DNA from: an uncultured Chloroflexia bacterium
GTDB lineage: Bacteria > Chloroflexota > Anaerolineae > JAAYZQ01
Direction: 5' to 3'
NCBI GenBank assembly: GCA_963700285.1
Contig: CAVOXA010000001.1
Span: 864,001 to 928,000, forward strand
DNA: 64,000 nt
This document shows, one piece after another, positions 1 to 10,159 of this stretch. The position numbers and the translations under genes are program-made. A model generated the notes under the pieces. It had not been told where the DNA came from. It ran no database searches and worked only from the letters and a program-made list of their open reading frames with translations. The stretch's first letter is position 1. Every line of letters begins with the position of its first letter.

Positions 1-47
1 GCGCCCTCTTACTACTCGGCGCACGTCCCCAAATGTGACAAGCATTT

Positions 48-76
48 GCCAACGCTGTAAAACGATGGTATCATGG
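48..76 (+). promoter_or_regulatory. sigma70-type promoter upstream of the BMC module
   Basis: TTGCCA-17 nt-TATCAT with extended -10 TG. Confidence 0.55.
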
Positions 77-235
77 GCGAGCTTGCGGCTACTGCTGCTG
101 GCTGTGCCAAAGGTGGTGGCCGCCATTTTGCCTTTGTCGCCGGATCTGGCGGGTAGGACCAGATTGGGTCTGTTCGTTGTGTTGTACGCCGGGCGATGCT
201 GGCAAGGCGCTCGGGCGTGTCCTCGAGGATAGAGT

Positions 236-1614
236 ATGGGTCAGGATCTCGTCGAATGCAGTGCGGGCGGCAGGGGTGGTCGGTGCTGGGGGCGCAGGCT
301 TCCCCACCCACGTCAAAGTCGTCAGCCCAGGTGGATACGGTCATCGCCAATGGCGCCGAATGCGATCCGCTGCTCCAGTGCGACCAACGGCTGATGGAAA
401 GCCGCGCCGCCGAGATGGTCCAGGGCCTGCAGCTGGCCATGGAGGCCACCGGCGCGACGCGGGGCATCCTGGCGCTGAAAGAAAAGTATGAGGCCGCCAG
501 CTGCTGCCCTGCGTAGAGCGGTCGCTGCACAGCAGGGCCAGGCAGACCTGAGCCTGCTTGCTGATGGAGAGCCGCTATCCGGCCGGCGACGAGTTTGTGC
601 TGGTCTACGAGGCAACCGGCCGCTTGGTGCCCGAGACGGGCTAGCCGCTGCATGTGGGCTGCCTGGTCCAGAACGTGCAGACGCTGTTCAACATTGCCCG
701 GGCAGCCAAGGGCGCCGCCGTGACCCATCGTCTGCTGACCGTAGCCGGAGCCGTGGCCCGACCGGTCACGCTTTGGGTCGCCGATGGGTACGGCCATCCG
801 CGATGTGCTGGCTTGGGCCGGCGGCATGCAACTGCCCCGCTGGTCCGAGCGCACGTGCCGAGGATTATGCGGTGGTCGTCGGCGGGCCGATGATGGGCCG
901 GGTGGCAGCGGATCTTGGTGAGCCGGTGACCAAGACGACCAGCGGGCTTGCTGGTCCTGCCCCGGGACAATGCGGTGGTGCGCTACATGACCCGCTCCGG
1001 CACATCGTGGGTGCGTCGAGGCATTTCGACCTGCGATCAGTGCCGCGATTGCACCGATCTCTGCCCGCGCTACCTGTTGGGCCACAACTTGGAACCCCAC
1101 GAGGTGATGCGAGCCATCAACTATGGACTGGACGCGACCGGCCGACAAGGTGACGGCTGCGGTGCTGTGCTGCGAGTGCCGCCTGTGCGAGGCATATGCC
1201 TGCCCGCTGGAATTGTCGCCCATGGCCTACTATGTGTCGCATCAAGCAGGAGCTGCGGGCACAGGGCTGGATCAACGAGGTGCACAAGACGGACTGACTT
1301 TCAAGCCGCACCCGATGCGCGAGTACCGACTGGTGCCTACGCACCGGCTCATCGCCCGGCTTGGGCCTGACCGAGTGGGAGACACCAGAACTGCCTGTTG
1401 GACGAGAGCGACTACCGGCCGGCAAGGGTGTCGATCCCGCTGGACCAGCATATCGGCGCGCCGGCCAGGCCGGTGGTGTCTGTGGGCCAGCACGTAGAGG
1501 CTGGAGATCTGATTGCCGAGATCCCGGAAGCGGCACTGGGAGCCAACGTCCATGCCTCCATCACGGGACGGGTAGACGAAGGTTGGCGAGTCCGAAATTG
1601 AGGTCGTGGCTTGA
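236..1614 (+). CDS. PduS/RnfC-like SLBB-domain 4Fe-4S flavoprotein (BMC-associated); multiple frameshifts, probably sequencing errors
   Basis: Fragments across frames: AAGVVGAGGAGFPTHVK, VIANGAECDPLL, YPAGDEFVLVYE, GGPMMG, CDQCRDCTDLCP, CCECRLCEAYACP, C-terminal IPLDQHIGAPARPVVSVGQHVEAGDLIA...HASITG. Confidence 0.85.
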
Positions 1615-1637
1615 GCGGAGGAGCGTGATACAGGACG

Positions 1638-2191
1638 ATGATCGAGCCAGCCATCGCTCTGGTGGAAACGAATAGCATTGCTGCTGGCATTCTGGCCGGC
1701 GACACCATGGTCAAAAAGGCCGATGTGCAGCTCCTGGAGGCACGCCCTATCTGCCCGGGCAAGTACATGGTCCTCATCGGCGGTGAGGTCGGGCCGGTAC
1801 GCGAGTCGTACCAGGTGGGCGTCGCTGCGGCAGCCGATACCCTGGTGGATCAATTGTTGCTGCCCAACGTGCACCGCTCGGTCTTTCCGGCGCTGATGAG
1901 CGCCGCGCCGCCGCGAGGGGACGAGGCGCTGGGCATCATCGAAACGGTGACGGCGGCGGTCTGCATTGTCGCCGCCGATGCCGCGGCCAAGGCCACCGAT
2001 GTGCAGCTGCTTGGAGATCCGGCTGGCCAATGGCCTGGGTGGCAAGAGTTTTGTGCTCATGGAGGGCACGGTGGCCGACGTCGAGGCGGCGGTGGCGGCC
2101 GGCGTGGAGTTGGTCAAGCAGGAAGGACTGTTGATCCGCCAGGTGATCATCCCGCAAGCTTCACGAGCAGATGCGGGAGAAGATACTCTAA
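1638..2191 (+). CDS. BMC-T tandem-domain shell protein, PduT-like (frameshifted near 2010 and 2155)
   Basis: IALVETNSIAAGILAGDTMVKKA, ICPGKYMVLIGG (conserved Cys), second domain ALGIIET...AADAAAKA...EIRLANGLGGKSFV. Confidence 0.88.
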
Positions 2192-2192
2192 C

Positions 2193-2465
2193 ATGCAATT
2201 TGCACGGGTGATCGGCACGCTGGTTGCCACGCAAAAGTACGAGGGTCTGGAGGGCGTCAAGTTTCTGGTCGTCCAGCCGCTGGACAAGCACCGGCGAGCC
2301 GGTCGGGCGAGCCGCAGATCGCGGCCGATGGGACAGCCCAGGCCGGGCCGGGAGAGCTGGTGTTCATGATCTACAGCCGCGAGGCGGCCCTGGCCCTGCC
2401 AGAGATGGTTTGTGCCGGTGGATCTGGCCATCACCGGCATTGTGGACGAGGTGGACGTACTCTGA
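2193..2465 (+). CDS. EutN/CcmL family BMC vertex (BMC-P) protein, frameshifted
   Basis: MQFARVIGTLVATQKYEGLEGVKFLVVQPLD...AGPGELV...SREAA...VDLAITGIVDEV. Confidence 0.85.
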
Positions 2466-2754
2466 TGTATATTGGGCGGGTGAGCGGCACGGTGGTGGCC
2501 ACCATCAAGAACGAGCTGTTTCGAGGGCCGCAAGCTGCTGGTGGTGGACAAGCTGGACCTGGATGGCCAGCCCACGGCCAAGTACGACATCGCCGTGGAC
2601 ATGGTCCAGGCCGGCGTGGGCGACCGGGTGCTGGTGCTGGACGAGGGCAACTCGGCGCGGCAGATCGTGGACCGCGAGCCGATGGGCGCGATCCGGGCGG
2701 TTATCGTGGGCATTGTGGACGAGGTTGCGCCTGGCTGGCGGTGGGATCGCTTAG
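2465..2754 (+). CDS. second EutN/CcmL family BMC-P protein, frameshifted
   Basis: MYIGRVSGTVVATIK...KLLVV...AVDMVQAGVGDRVLVLDEGNSAR...IRAVIVGIVDEV; TGATG overlap with the previous gene. Confidence 0.87.
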
Positions 2755-2798
2755 CAATGGCCTACGGTGAGATCTCGACGGCTCGAGCGAGGGCAGGG

Positions 2799-3616
2799 AT
2801 GCGCGTCACAGAGCACGAGCTGCGCCAGGAGATGGTCCGCGTTGGGCGGCTGATGTGGGAGCGGGGCTTTGTGGCTGCCACCGACGGCAACCTCTCGGCC
2901 CGACTGGGGTCCGACCGGCTGCTGGTCACGGCCAGCGGCGTGAGCAAGGGCTTTCTCTCCGACCGACGATCTGGTGGTCATCCGGCTGGACGGCGAGCCG
3001 CGTGTCATCCTACCGCGGGCGGGGCAGCGGCCCTCGTCGGAGATTGCGATGCACCTGGAGGTCTATCGCCAGCGGCCTGACGTGCATGCTGTGGTCCATG
3101 CCCATCCGCCGCTGGCGACGGCCTTCAGCATTGCCGGCGTGTCGCTGGCCCGCTGCGTGATCCCCGAGGTGATTGTCACCCTGGGCGGCATCCCCACCAC
3201 CGAGTATGCGACGCCGGGCACGCCGGAGGTGCCGGAGAGCATCCGCCAGGCCATCCGGGACTATGACGCCTTGATCCTGGCCCATCACGGCAGCCTGACG
3301 GTGGGCAATACGCTGTGGGAGGCCTATCTGCGCCTGGAGAAGGTGGAGCACACGGCGCAGATCACGCTGGCGGCGCAGCAGTTGGGCCAGGTCAGAACGC
3401 TGTCCCCGCAGGCGGTAGAAAAGCTGGCGGAGAAGCGCCGCGAGTTGCTTCAGCGTGACAGGGCCGCGACCTGTGTGAAGGGTGCACGGTCTGCGTGCTG
3501 GGTGACGATCATGAGATTCCGTCTGTATCCTATCGATGCAGTCCCGGCCTGTGTACGAGGCGGTGCTGGTGCGGCAGATTGCACAGTCCGTGGTACGGAC
3601 CATTCAGAAACCCTGA
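2799..3616 (+). CDS. class II aldolase/adducin family protein (FucA/RhaD-like) with C-terminal CxxCxxC and encapsulation-peptide-like helix; frameshifted
   Basis: GRLMWERGFVAATDGNLSAR, PSSEIAMHLEVYRQRPDVHAVVHAHP, ILAHHG; tail read across frames: LCEGCTVC...EAVLVRQIAQSVVRTIQKP*. Confidence 0.85.
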
Positions 3617-3634
3617 AGGAGAGGCTGAGCGATC

Positions 3635-4705
<1,071 letters not shown>

Positions 4706-4774
4706 GGTATGAGCAAGTGCCTGCGCAACGGCGGGCAGCAGCATTTTCGATATAAGAAGAAAGGAGGTGAAAGC

Positions 4775-4867
4775 GTGGGCTCTGTAAAAAAGTGGCGCCA
4801 GAAGAAGGCGTCCAAGCACAAACACCGCAAGATGCTCAAAAAGACACGCTGGCAGCGGAGGAAATAG
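4775..4867 (+). CDS. 30-aa basic protein, 30S ribosomal protein bS22 / AURKAIP1-COX24 (DUF1713) family; absent from the ORF track
   Basis: AAGGAGGTGA SD, then GTG...TAG encoding MGSVKKWRQKKASKHKHRKMLKKTRWQRRK, matching the bS22 pattern MGSVxKKRRKxxxKxKHRKLLxxTRxQRR. Confidence 0.88.
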   Translation: MGSVKKWRQKKASKHKHRKMLKKTRWQRRK

Positions 4868-4902
4868 TCCCCGCTGGCGACGATTTCTTTGTACGCTTGA
4901 CC

Positions 4903-5018
4903 GGTTGCGAATGCCAGGCAACGAGACCAAAGTGCGCCCCATGACGTGGCCAGCGGACTGCCCCAAGGGTGTCCCGGGCCGGTGCAGAATGGATCTCGTT
5001 TGTTTGGCATTCGCAACT
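4903..5018. repeat. long imperfect inverted repeat (MITE or structured RNA)
   Basis: GGTTGCGAATGCCAGGCAACGAGACCA (4903-4929) pairs with TGGATCTCGTTTGTTTGGCATTCGCAACT (4990-5018); 13-bp perfect core plus G-U pairs. Confidence 0.65.
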
Positions 5019-5306
5019 AATCTGTTGTGCGTAGCCTAGATAAAGACAACGCCGGTTTGTCCTGGAACTGCCGGGCACGGCTTCACTATCAATCGGGAGG
5101 TTGAGCCCTGCTTTCGTCCGCCAGAACCGGGCCGATACCTTTGTCCAACACGAGGACCTGGTACAGCGCATGGTAGCCGTGGGACTCGAGGGCTACTTTC
5201 GGGTTTGTGAGCGGCAACGATGGCGTTCTCAAGTTCCTGCGCAAGGGCACGACCAGGCAGACAAGCTCCGCCGTGGACCGCATCTGCAGAAGGGTAAGTG
5301 AGTATC

Positions 5307-6338
5307 ATGAAGAACCTGTTGATCACGGGCGGAGCCGGCTTTATCGGCTCCAATTTTGTGCGCTATATCCTGGACAAGTATCCCGAGTATCGTGTGGTCG
5401 TCTTTGACAAACTAACCTACGCCGGGAACCTGGACAACCTCAAGGATGTCGCCGAGCGTTTTCCAGAGCGCTACGTCTTTGTCCAGGGCGACATTGCCGA
5501 TGCTACGGCCGTGGATGCCACCATACAGGACAATGACATCGATACCATCGCCAACTTTGCGGCTGAAACCCATGTGGACCGTTCTCTGATGGAACCTGAC
5601 GCTTTCATCAAGACGGACGTCTACGGCACCTACGTATTGCTTGAAGCAGCCAAAAGGTACGGCGTTGAGCGTTTCCACCAGGTCTCGACTGACGAAGTGT
5701 ATGGCGATATTGCTCCTGGCCGCTCTTCCGTGGAGACCGATCCACTACAGGCGCGCAGTCCCTATTCGGCAAGCAAGGCTGGCGGTGATATGATGTGTAT
5801 GGCCTACCACAACAGTTTTGGCGTGCCGGTGACCCTTACCCGCGGGGCCAACAACATCGGCCCCTACCAGTACCCGGAGAAGGTGGTGCCCCTCTTTGTC
5901 ACCAACGCTCTGGATGACCAGCCTTTGCCGCTGTACGGAGACGGCCGGCAGATGCGTGACTACCAGCATGTCCTCGATCACTGTGAGGGCATTGACATGG
6001 TACTTCACCACGGTGAACTTGGCGAGGTCTACAACGTGGGTACGGGCGTGGAGACCGAAAATATCGTCATGGCCCGGGCGATCCTCGACCTGCTTGGCAA
6101 GCCGCACAGTCTCATCCGCTATGTGACAGACCGCCCAGGGCACGACCGGCGCTACTCGCTCAACGTGGGAAAGATCCACAGCCTGGGCTGGCAGAGCCGG
6201 CATGATTTTGCGGAGGCCATCGAAGAGACGGTTCGCTGGTACGTGGACAACGAATGGTGGTGGCGCAAGATCAAGAGCGGAGCGTATCGGGAGTACTATA
6301 GCCGGTGGTACGGCGAGCGCTTGGCCGAGGCCAGCTAG
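5307..6338 (+). CDS. rmlB: dTDP-glucose 4,6-dehydratase
   Basis: LLITGGAGFIGSNFV, DKLTYAGNL, FAAETHVDRS, VSTDEVYG, SPYSASKA, DRPGHDRRY. Confidence 0.95.
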   Translation: MKNLLITGGAGFIGSNFVRYILDKYPEYRVVVFDKLTYAGNLDNLKDVAERFPERYVFVQGDIADATAVDATIQDNDIDTIANFAAETHVDRSLMEPDAFIKTDVYGTYVLLEAAKRYGVERFHQVSTDEVYGDIAPGRSSVETDPLQARSPYSASKAGGDMMCMAYHNSFGVPVTLTRGANNIGPYQYPEKVVPLFVTNALDDQPLPLYGDGRQMRDYQHVLDHCEGIDMVLHHGELGEVYNVGTGVETENIVMARAILDLLGKPHSLIRYVTDRPGHDRRYSLNVGKIHSLGWQSRHDFAEAIEETVRWYVDNEWWWRKIKSGAYREYYSRWYGERLAEAS

Positions 6339-6436
6339 ACCTCGGTGGTGCAATACTTATGCTGCAGCCCAGTTCAAGGGGCAGCAGGATACCTTGAGGC
6401 TGTTGGGCTGCCATCGGATTCCACTGGATAGGATTC

Positions 6437-7777
6437 CTATGGAAGGAGTGGAACCAAGCTCTGGAACAAAGCTTGATAGGCTTCGTTGACGCTGAGGTTG
6501 CCCCCGCTCCAGCCTCCGATGGCGTGAATGTTTGGCGACACGAAAGCTGCTCCTAAGCCCTGCCACTCTTCTTTCACAGGCGTCTCAATCTGGATCCAGG
6601 TACCCAGGCGAGGATCGTAGCGCTCGTTGAAGGCCAGGTAGCTGGCAATGCCCCCGCCGATGGCATACAATTGCTCGCGAACGGGCACCACCGTCACCCC
6701 CCCCCTGGTCAGCGTCATGGCCGGTAGTGGCGTCCAGGTATCGGCGGCTGGATCGTAGGCATCCAGTGTGTTGAACTCGGCTACGTCGTCATAGCCGCCC
6801 ACCACATAGATTCGATCCCCGAGGGGCGCTGCGCCCAGGAATCCCCGCGCCGTTTCCATCGACGTTCGCTTTTCCCATCGATCTGATTCGGGATCGTAGC
6901 GGTAGACCGAATCGGCGTAGCCTTTCCCTGCCCGCCCACCAAAGACATAGATCTGGCCGTCGAGTGCGGCTAACCCATAGGCCCCCAGTGGCTCAGGCAT
7001 CGGCGCGCGGACCAGCCAGGCATCCTGGTCCGGATCGTAGACTTCCAGCGCATCAAGAACCTGCTGTTCAGCATTGATCCCACCGGGCACATAGATCAAG
7101 CCGCCCACTTCAACCGCCGAGACATAGCCGGCCGGTGTTGGCTTGGCAGTCCGTGTTGTCCATGAATCGGTCTCGGGATCATAGACCTCAAGCTTGCCCG
7201 TCACGCCTTCGTTGCTGATGCCGCCAATGGCATAGATCAACCCTCCGTGCTCAACCACGGCCAGGCCCGTTCGTGGGGTAGGCATTTGTGCCCGCGTATG
7301 CCAGCGTGTGGTGGGCGGCCCGGCGGGGGCCGTGGGGAAGGCCTCGCTGATAGGATTCGGGGCCTGGCTGTTGGCCTTGTTCTCCAGCAGTACGGGGACC
7401 AGTACTGCCACCGCGGCCAGCAGCATGGCCACCACCAAGCTCACGCGCTTCAGGGTCGATACCTGGGGCCAGCGCTCCAACTGGGGCAAGGCAGGCACGG
7501 GCTGCGCCTCTTCCACTGCTTCAGTGGCCCCTTCTTCCTGCTCCTCGTCGTTGTTATCAAGGCGGGGTACCGCCACCCAGCCTTGATGCACTGCCACCAT
7601 CGTCGCCTCAGTGCGCGAGGCCACACCGAGCTTGGCATAGATGTTACGCAGATGAACCTTGACCGTATTGACGCTTATGACCAGTTCTTGAGCAACCTGT
7701 TGGTTGGTGGCGCCCGTGGCCACCAACTGCAGGATCTCCATTTCCCGATCGCTCAGGCTCCCCAACTCGTCTGCCAA
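6437..7777 (-). CDS. LuxR-type HTH / single TM / Kelch beta-propeller protein
   Basis: LSDREMEILQLVATGATNQQVAQELVISVNTVKVHLRNIYAKLGV; TM VSLVVAMLLAAVAVLVPVLL; six Kelch-like repeats (IYAIGG...YDP..D.W). Confidence 0.9.
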   Translation of the reverse strand: MADELGSLSDREMEILQLVATGATNQQVAQELVISVNTVKVHLRNIYAKLGVASRTEATMVAVHQGWVAVPRLDNNDEEQEEGATEAVEEAQPVPALPQLERWPQVSTLKRVSLVVAMLLAAVAVLVPVLLENKANSQAPNPISEAFPTAPAGPPTTRWHTRAQMPTPRTGLAVVEHGGLIYAIGGISNEGVTGKLEVYDPETDSWTTRTAKPTPAGYVSAVEVGGLIYVPGGINAEQQVLDALEVYDPDQDAWLVRAPMPEPLGAYGLAALDGQIYVFGGRAGKGYADSVYRYDPESDRWEKRTSMETARGFLGAAPLGDRIYVVGGYDDVAEFNTLDAYDPAADTWTPLPAMTLTRGGVTVVPVREQLYAIGGGIASYLAFNERYDPRLGTWIQIETPVKEEWQGLGAAFVSPNIHAIGGWSGGNLSVNEAYQALFQSLVPLLP

Positions 7778-8015
7778 CTCAAACTCCGGTTTTCAATGAC
7801 ATCAAGGTCTGATCGCTGCAAGAGCAGGGCCATTATCGCACACAAAAGGCCCAAGGGCAAATCTGTAGGCTGTCGCCCTATCTGGAAGAGCCAATCGCCA
7901 GTGGGTGGACCTCATTCTAGTGGCTAGTGGCTCGCCCTGCTCGGTCCTGGAAACTGCCCAATACCATAACCATAGATTCCGCATCGCGCCCTGAGGGTTG
8001 TTGGTCACCAGCGCT

Positions 8016-8687
8016 TTATGGCCACAGCCCCAACGATCGTGTCCAGACGATCCACGCTCCCAGAGCCAGATAGGGGCCGTAGGCCATGGCATCCTTGCGT
8101 CCGGCGCGTCGCGTCGTCAGCAGGACAAAGGCCACCACACCGCCGGCCAGGATGCTGTACAGCAGGCCGGTGAGGATGAGCGGGTAGCCCAGTACCGCCC
8201 CCAGCACCGCGGCCAGCTTCACGTCGCCCAGGCCCATGGCGCCCCGTTGGATGAAGGCCAGCAGGAGGAACAGTCCGCCAGCCACGATCAGGCCCAGAGC
8301 AGCGCTGAGTGTTGCCGGCTGGCCCAGCCAGATCACCTGGACCACGGCCCAGAGAAGCAGGGTTAGCACCAGGGCGTTGGGGATACGGCGCACTCGATAG
8401 TCCACCAGGCTGATAGCCAGGAGCATGCCAGTGACCACGAGAACTGTGAGGATCTGGTCGAAGCCCGGTGCCTGCCGGCCCAGGCAGGCGCCCAGGGCAG
8501 CCATGCCCGCCATCGCCATCGCTGCTGGCAGGGCAATCGCCCCCCCTGCTCCGCGCAGCAGGGATCTGTGCCAGGACTCCTGCTCATCCGGCGACTTGGC
8601 CCTGGAGGGTGGCGAAAAGTGGTGCGCCGCGAGCCAGGCTGCCAGGCCGGTGATGGCTCCCAGGGCGCCACCGATCAGTACCAGCAT
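8016..8687 (-). CDS. A24 family prepilin peptidase
   Basis: ISLVDYRVRRIPN, AMGLGDVKLAAVLG, MAYGPYLALG. Confidence 0.88.
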   Translation of the reverse strand: MLVLIGGALGAITGLAAWLAAHHFSPPSRAKSPDEQESWHRSLLRGAGGAIALPAAMAMAGMAALGACLGRQAPGFDQILTVLVVTGMLLAISLVDYRVRRIPNALVLTLLLWAVVQVIWLGQPATLSAALGLIVAGGLFLLLAFIQRGAMGLGDVKLAAVLGAVLGYPLILTGLLYSILAGGVVAFVLLTTRRAGRKDAMAYGPYLALGAWIVWTRSLGLWP

Positions 8688-9100
8688 GCTGTCTGTCCCT
8701 GCCCGTCCTGCTGTGCCATCAGGGGAAGAACCTCACGGCGTTGGCCTCATCAGGCGACGGCGGTACGACGCCCCCTGAGCTGCCACATTCCGAAGTACAG
8801 CCACTGAGGCATCCTCGCAAGCGATATAGCTGGCACCTGGTCTGGAATGGTTCAGAGGTTTGGCGATGATCAACTCGCCCATGGTGAGGGTGATCGTCGC
8901 CGGGTAGGTCGGAGAAAGCGAAATCGTCTGGCGCGAGGACCTTGGCTCGTCATCATGGCTGTTTGTCACTGTGAGATCTCTGGCGTGAGCCTCAAAGGTC
9001 AAGCTGGCTGCCAGTCCCAGGAAGAGTTGGATCACCCCTCGACAAGCGTCCAACCTACGGGTTCAATGCCAGGAATTGCCTCCCTCCATGTGGTACTTGC

Positions 9101-9129
9101 ATTATAGTACACGATCCACTGAATGACAA
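9101..9129 (-). promoter_or_regulatory. sigma70 promoter oriented toward the prepilin peptidase gene
   Basis: TTGTCA-17 nt-TATAAT on the minus strand. Confidence 0.6.
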
Positions 9130-9351
9130 GATTCTCGTCATCGCGGTGCCTCATCGACAGAACCAGGGCCCCGTGAGTGGATTCTGAGCGAATTTGCACC
9201 TAATTCTTGGCATCACGCCATCGCCACGTCCCGGACTAACTTCTGACGTTCCTGTCACCTGAGGGTGCGCCTCGCTATGGTACAAGCCATGGGCAGAGTA
9301 GCACCACCGGTCCTGGTCGCATAATTCTCGGTTATAAGCGACTGTACCCGC

Positions 9352-9380
9352 TTGTCACCAAGCCAGGTCTGTGCTATACT
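9352..9380 (+). promoter_or_regulatory. sigma70 promoter for the HD/GH31 unit
   Basis: TTGTCA-17 nt-TATACT with extended TG. Confidence 0.55.
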
Positions 9381-9591
9381 CGGTACCTGGCTTTTTTGAT
9401 GCAAAGGGCGCCATCATCAACCTTGACGATGTCCTGGTTGAACCCCTGGTAACAAACTGGCGTGATTGGCGCGGTCCAGCGGGCAGGGCTTGACCACACG
9501 TTTCCCATCTCGCGGTGACGGCCGTGCACGATTCCTCGCAGAACCGGAATCAGGGTCTGCTAGACATAAAACAAATCTCGGAGGTTGAACG

Positions 9592-10140
9592 ATGCGCGAA
9601 AGACTCATGAGAATCTGGCCTGAAATTGAGTGGATTGAAGACGCCGAATTGAAGGAGCAGGTCTACCTGACCTGGGAGTATGCCCTGGAGCAGAGCGTCC
9701 TGAGTCCTGAAGATCTGGAGGTGATCCCTTTCACCCTGTTGATCAAAGACTGTGACGTGACCTTCATGGAGCACAAGCGGGCGGTGGTCCACATCGCAGT
9801 CGATTCGGCCCGGGCCATGCAGCGCTTTTTTGGCGACAAGCTACCCATCCACATGGACTACCTCATCGCCGGCGCCATCCTCATCGACGTTGGCAAACTG
9901 CTCGAGTATGTCATGGAGGACGGCCAAGCCGTCGTCGGCAAGACGGGCGCGCTGCTGAGACATCCCTTTACCGGGGTGGGATTGGCCATGCGTTTTGGAG
10001 TCCCGGACGAAATCTGTCACATGATCGTTGCCCACTCCAAGGAAGGCGATCTGGGCAGGAGGACCACCGAGTCTCTCATCGTTCACCACGCCGACTTTAT
10101 GAGTTTTGAGCCCTTCAAGGCTGAAACCCTGAGGTTCTGA
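9592..10140 (+). CDS. HD/HDIG domain metal-dependent phosphohydrolase
   Basis: EHKRAV, GAILIDVGKLLEY, LRHPFTG, HMIVAHS, IVHHADF; GGAGG SD. Confidence 0.85.
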   Translation: MRERLMRIWPEIEWIEDAELKEQVYLTWEYALEQSVLSPEDLEVIPFTLLIKDCDVTFMEHKRAVVHIAVDSARAMQRFFGDKLPIHMDYLIAGAILIDVGKLLEYVMEDGQAVVGKTGALLRHPFTGVGLAMRFGVPDEICHMIVAHSKEGDLGRRTTESLIVHHADFMSFEPFKAETLRF

Positions 10141-10159
10141 CCCTTTCCTCAGCCCCTCG

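Noticed and set aside
5101-5301. 66-aa ORF with GGGAGG upstream of rmlB
   Set aside because: No recognisable motif and a TTG start directly adjacent to the SD-like sequence; cannot be supported.
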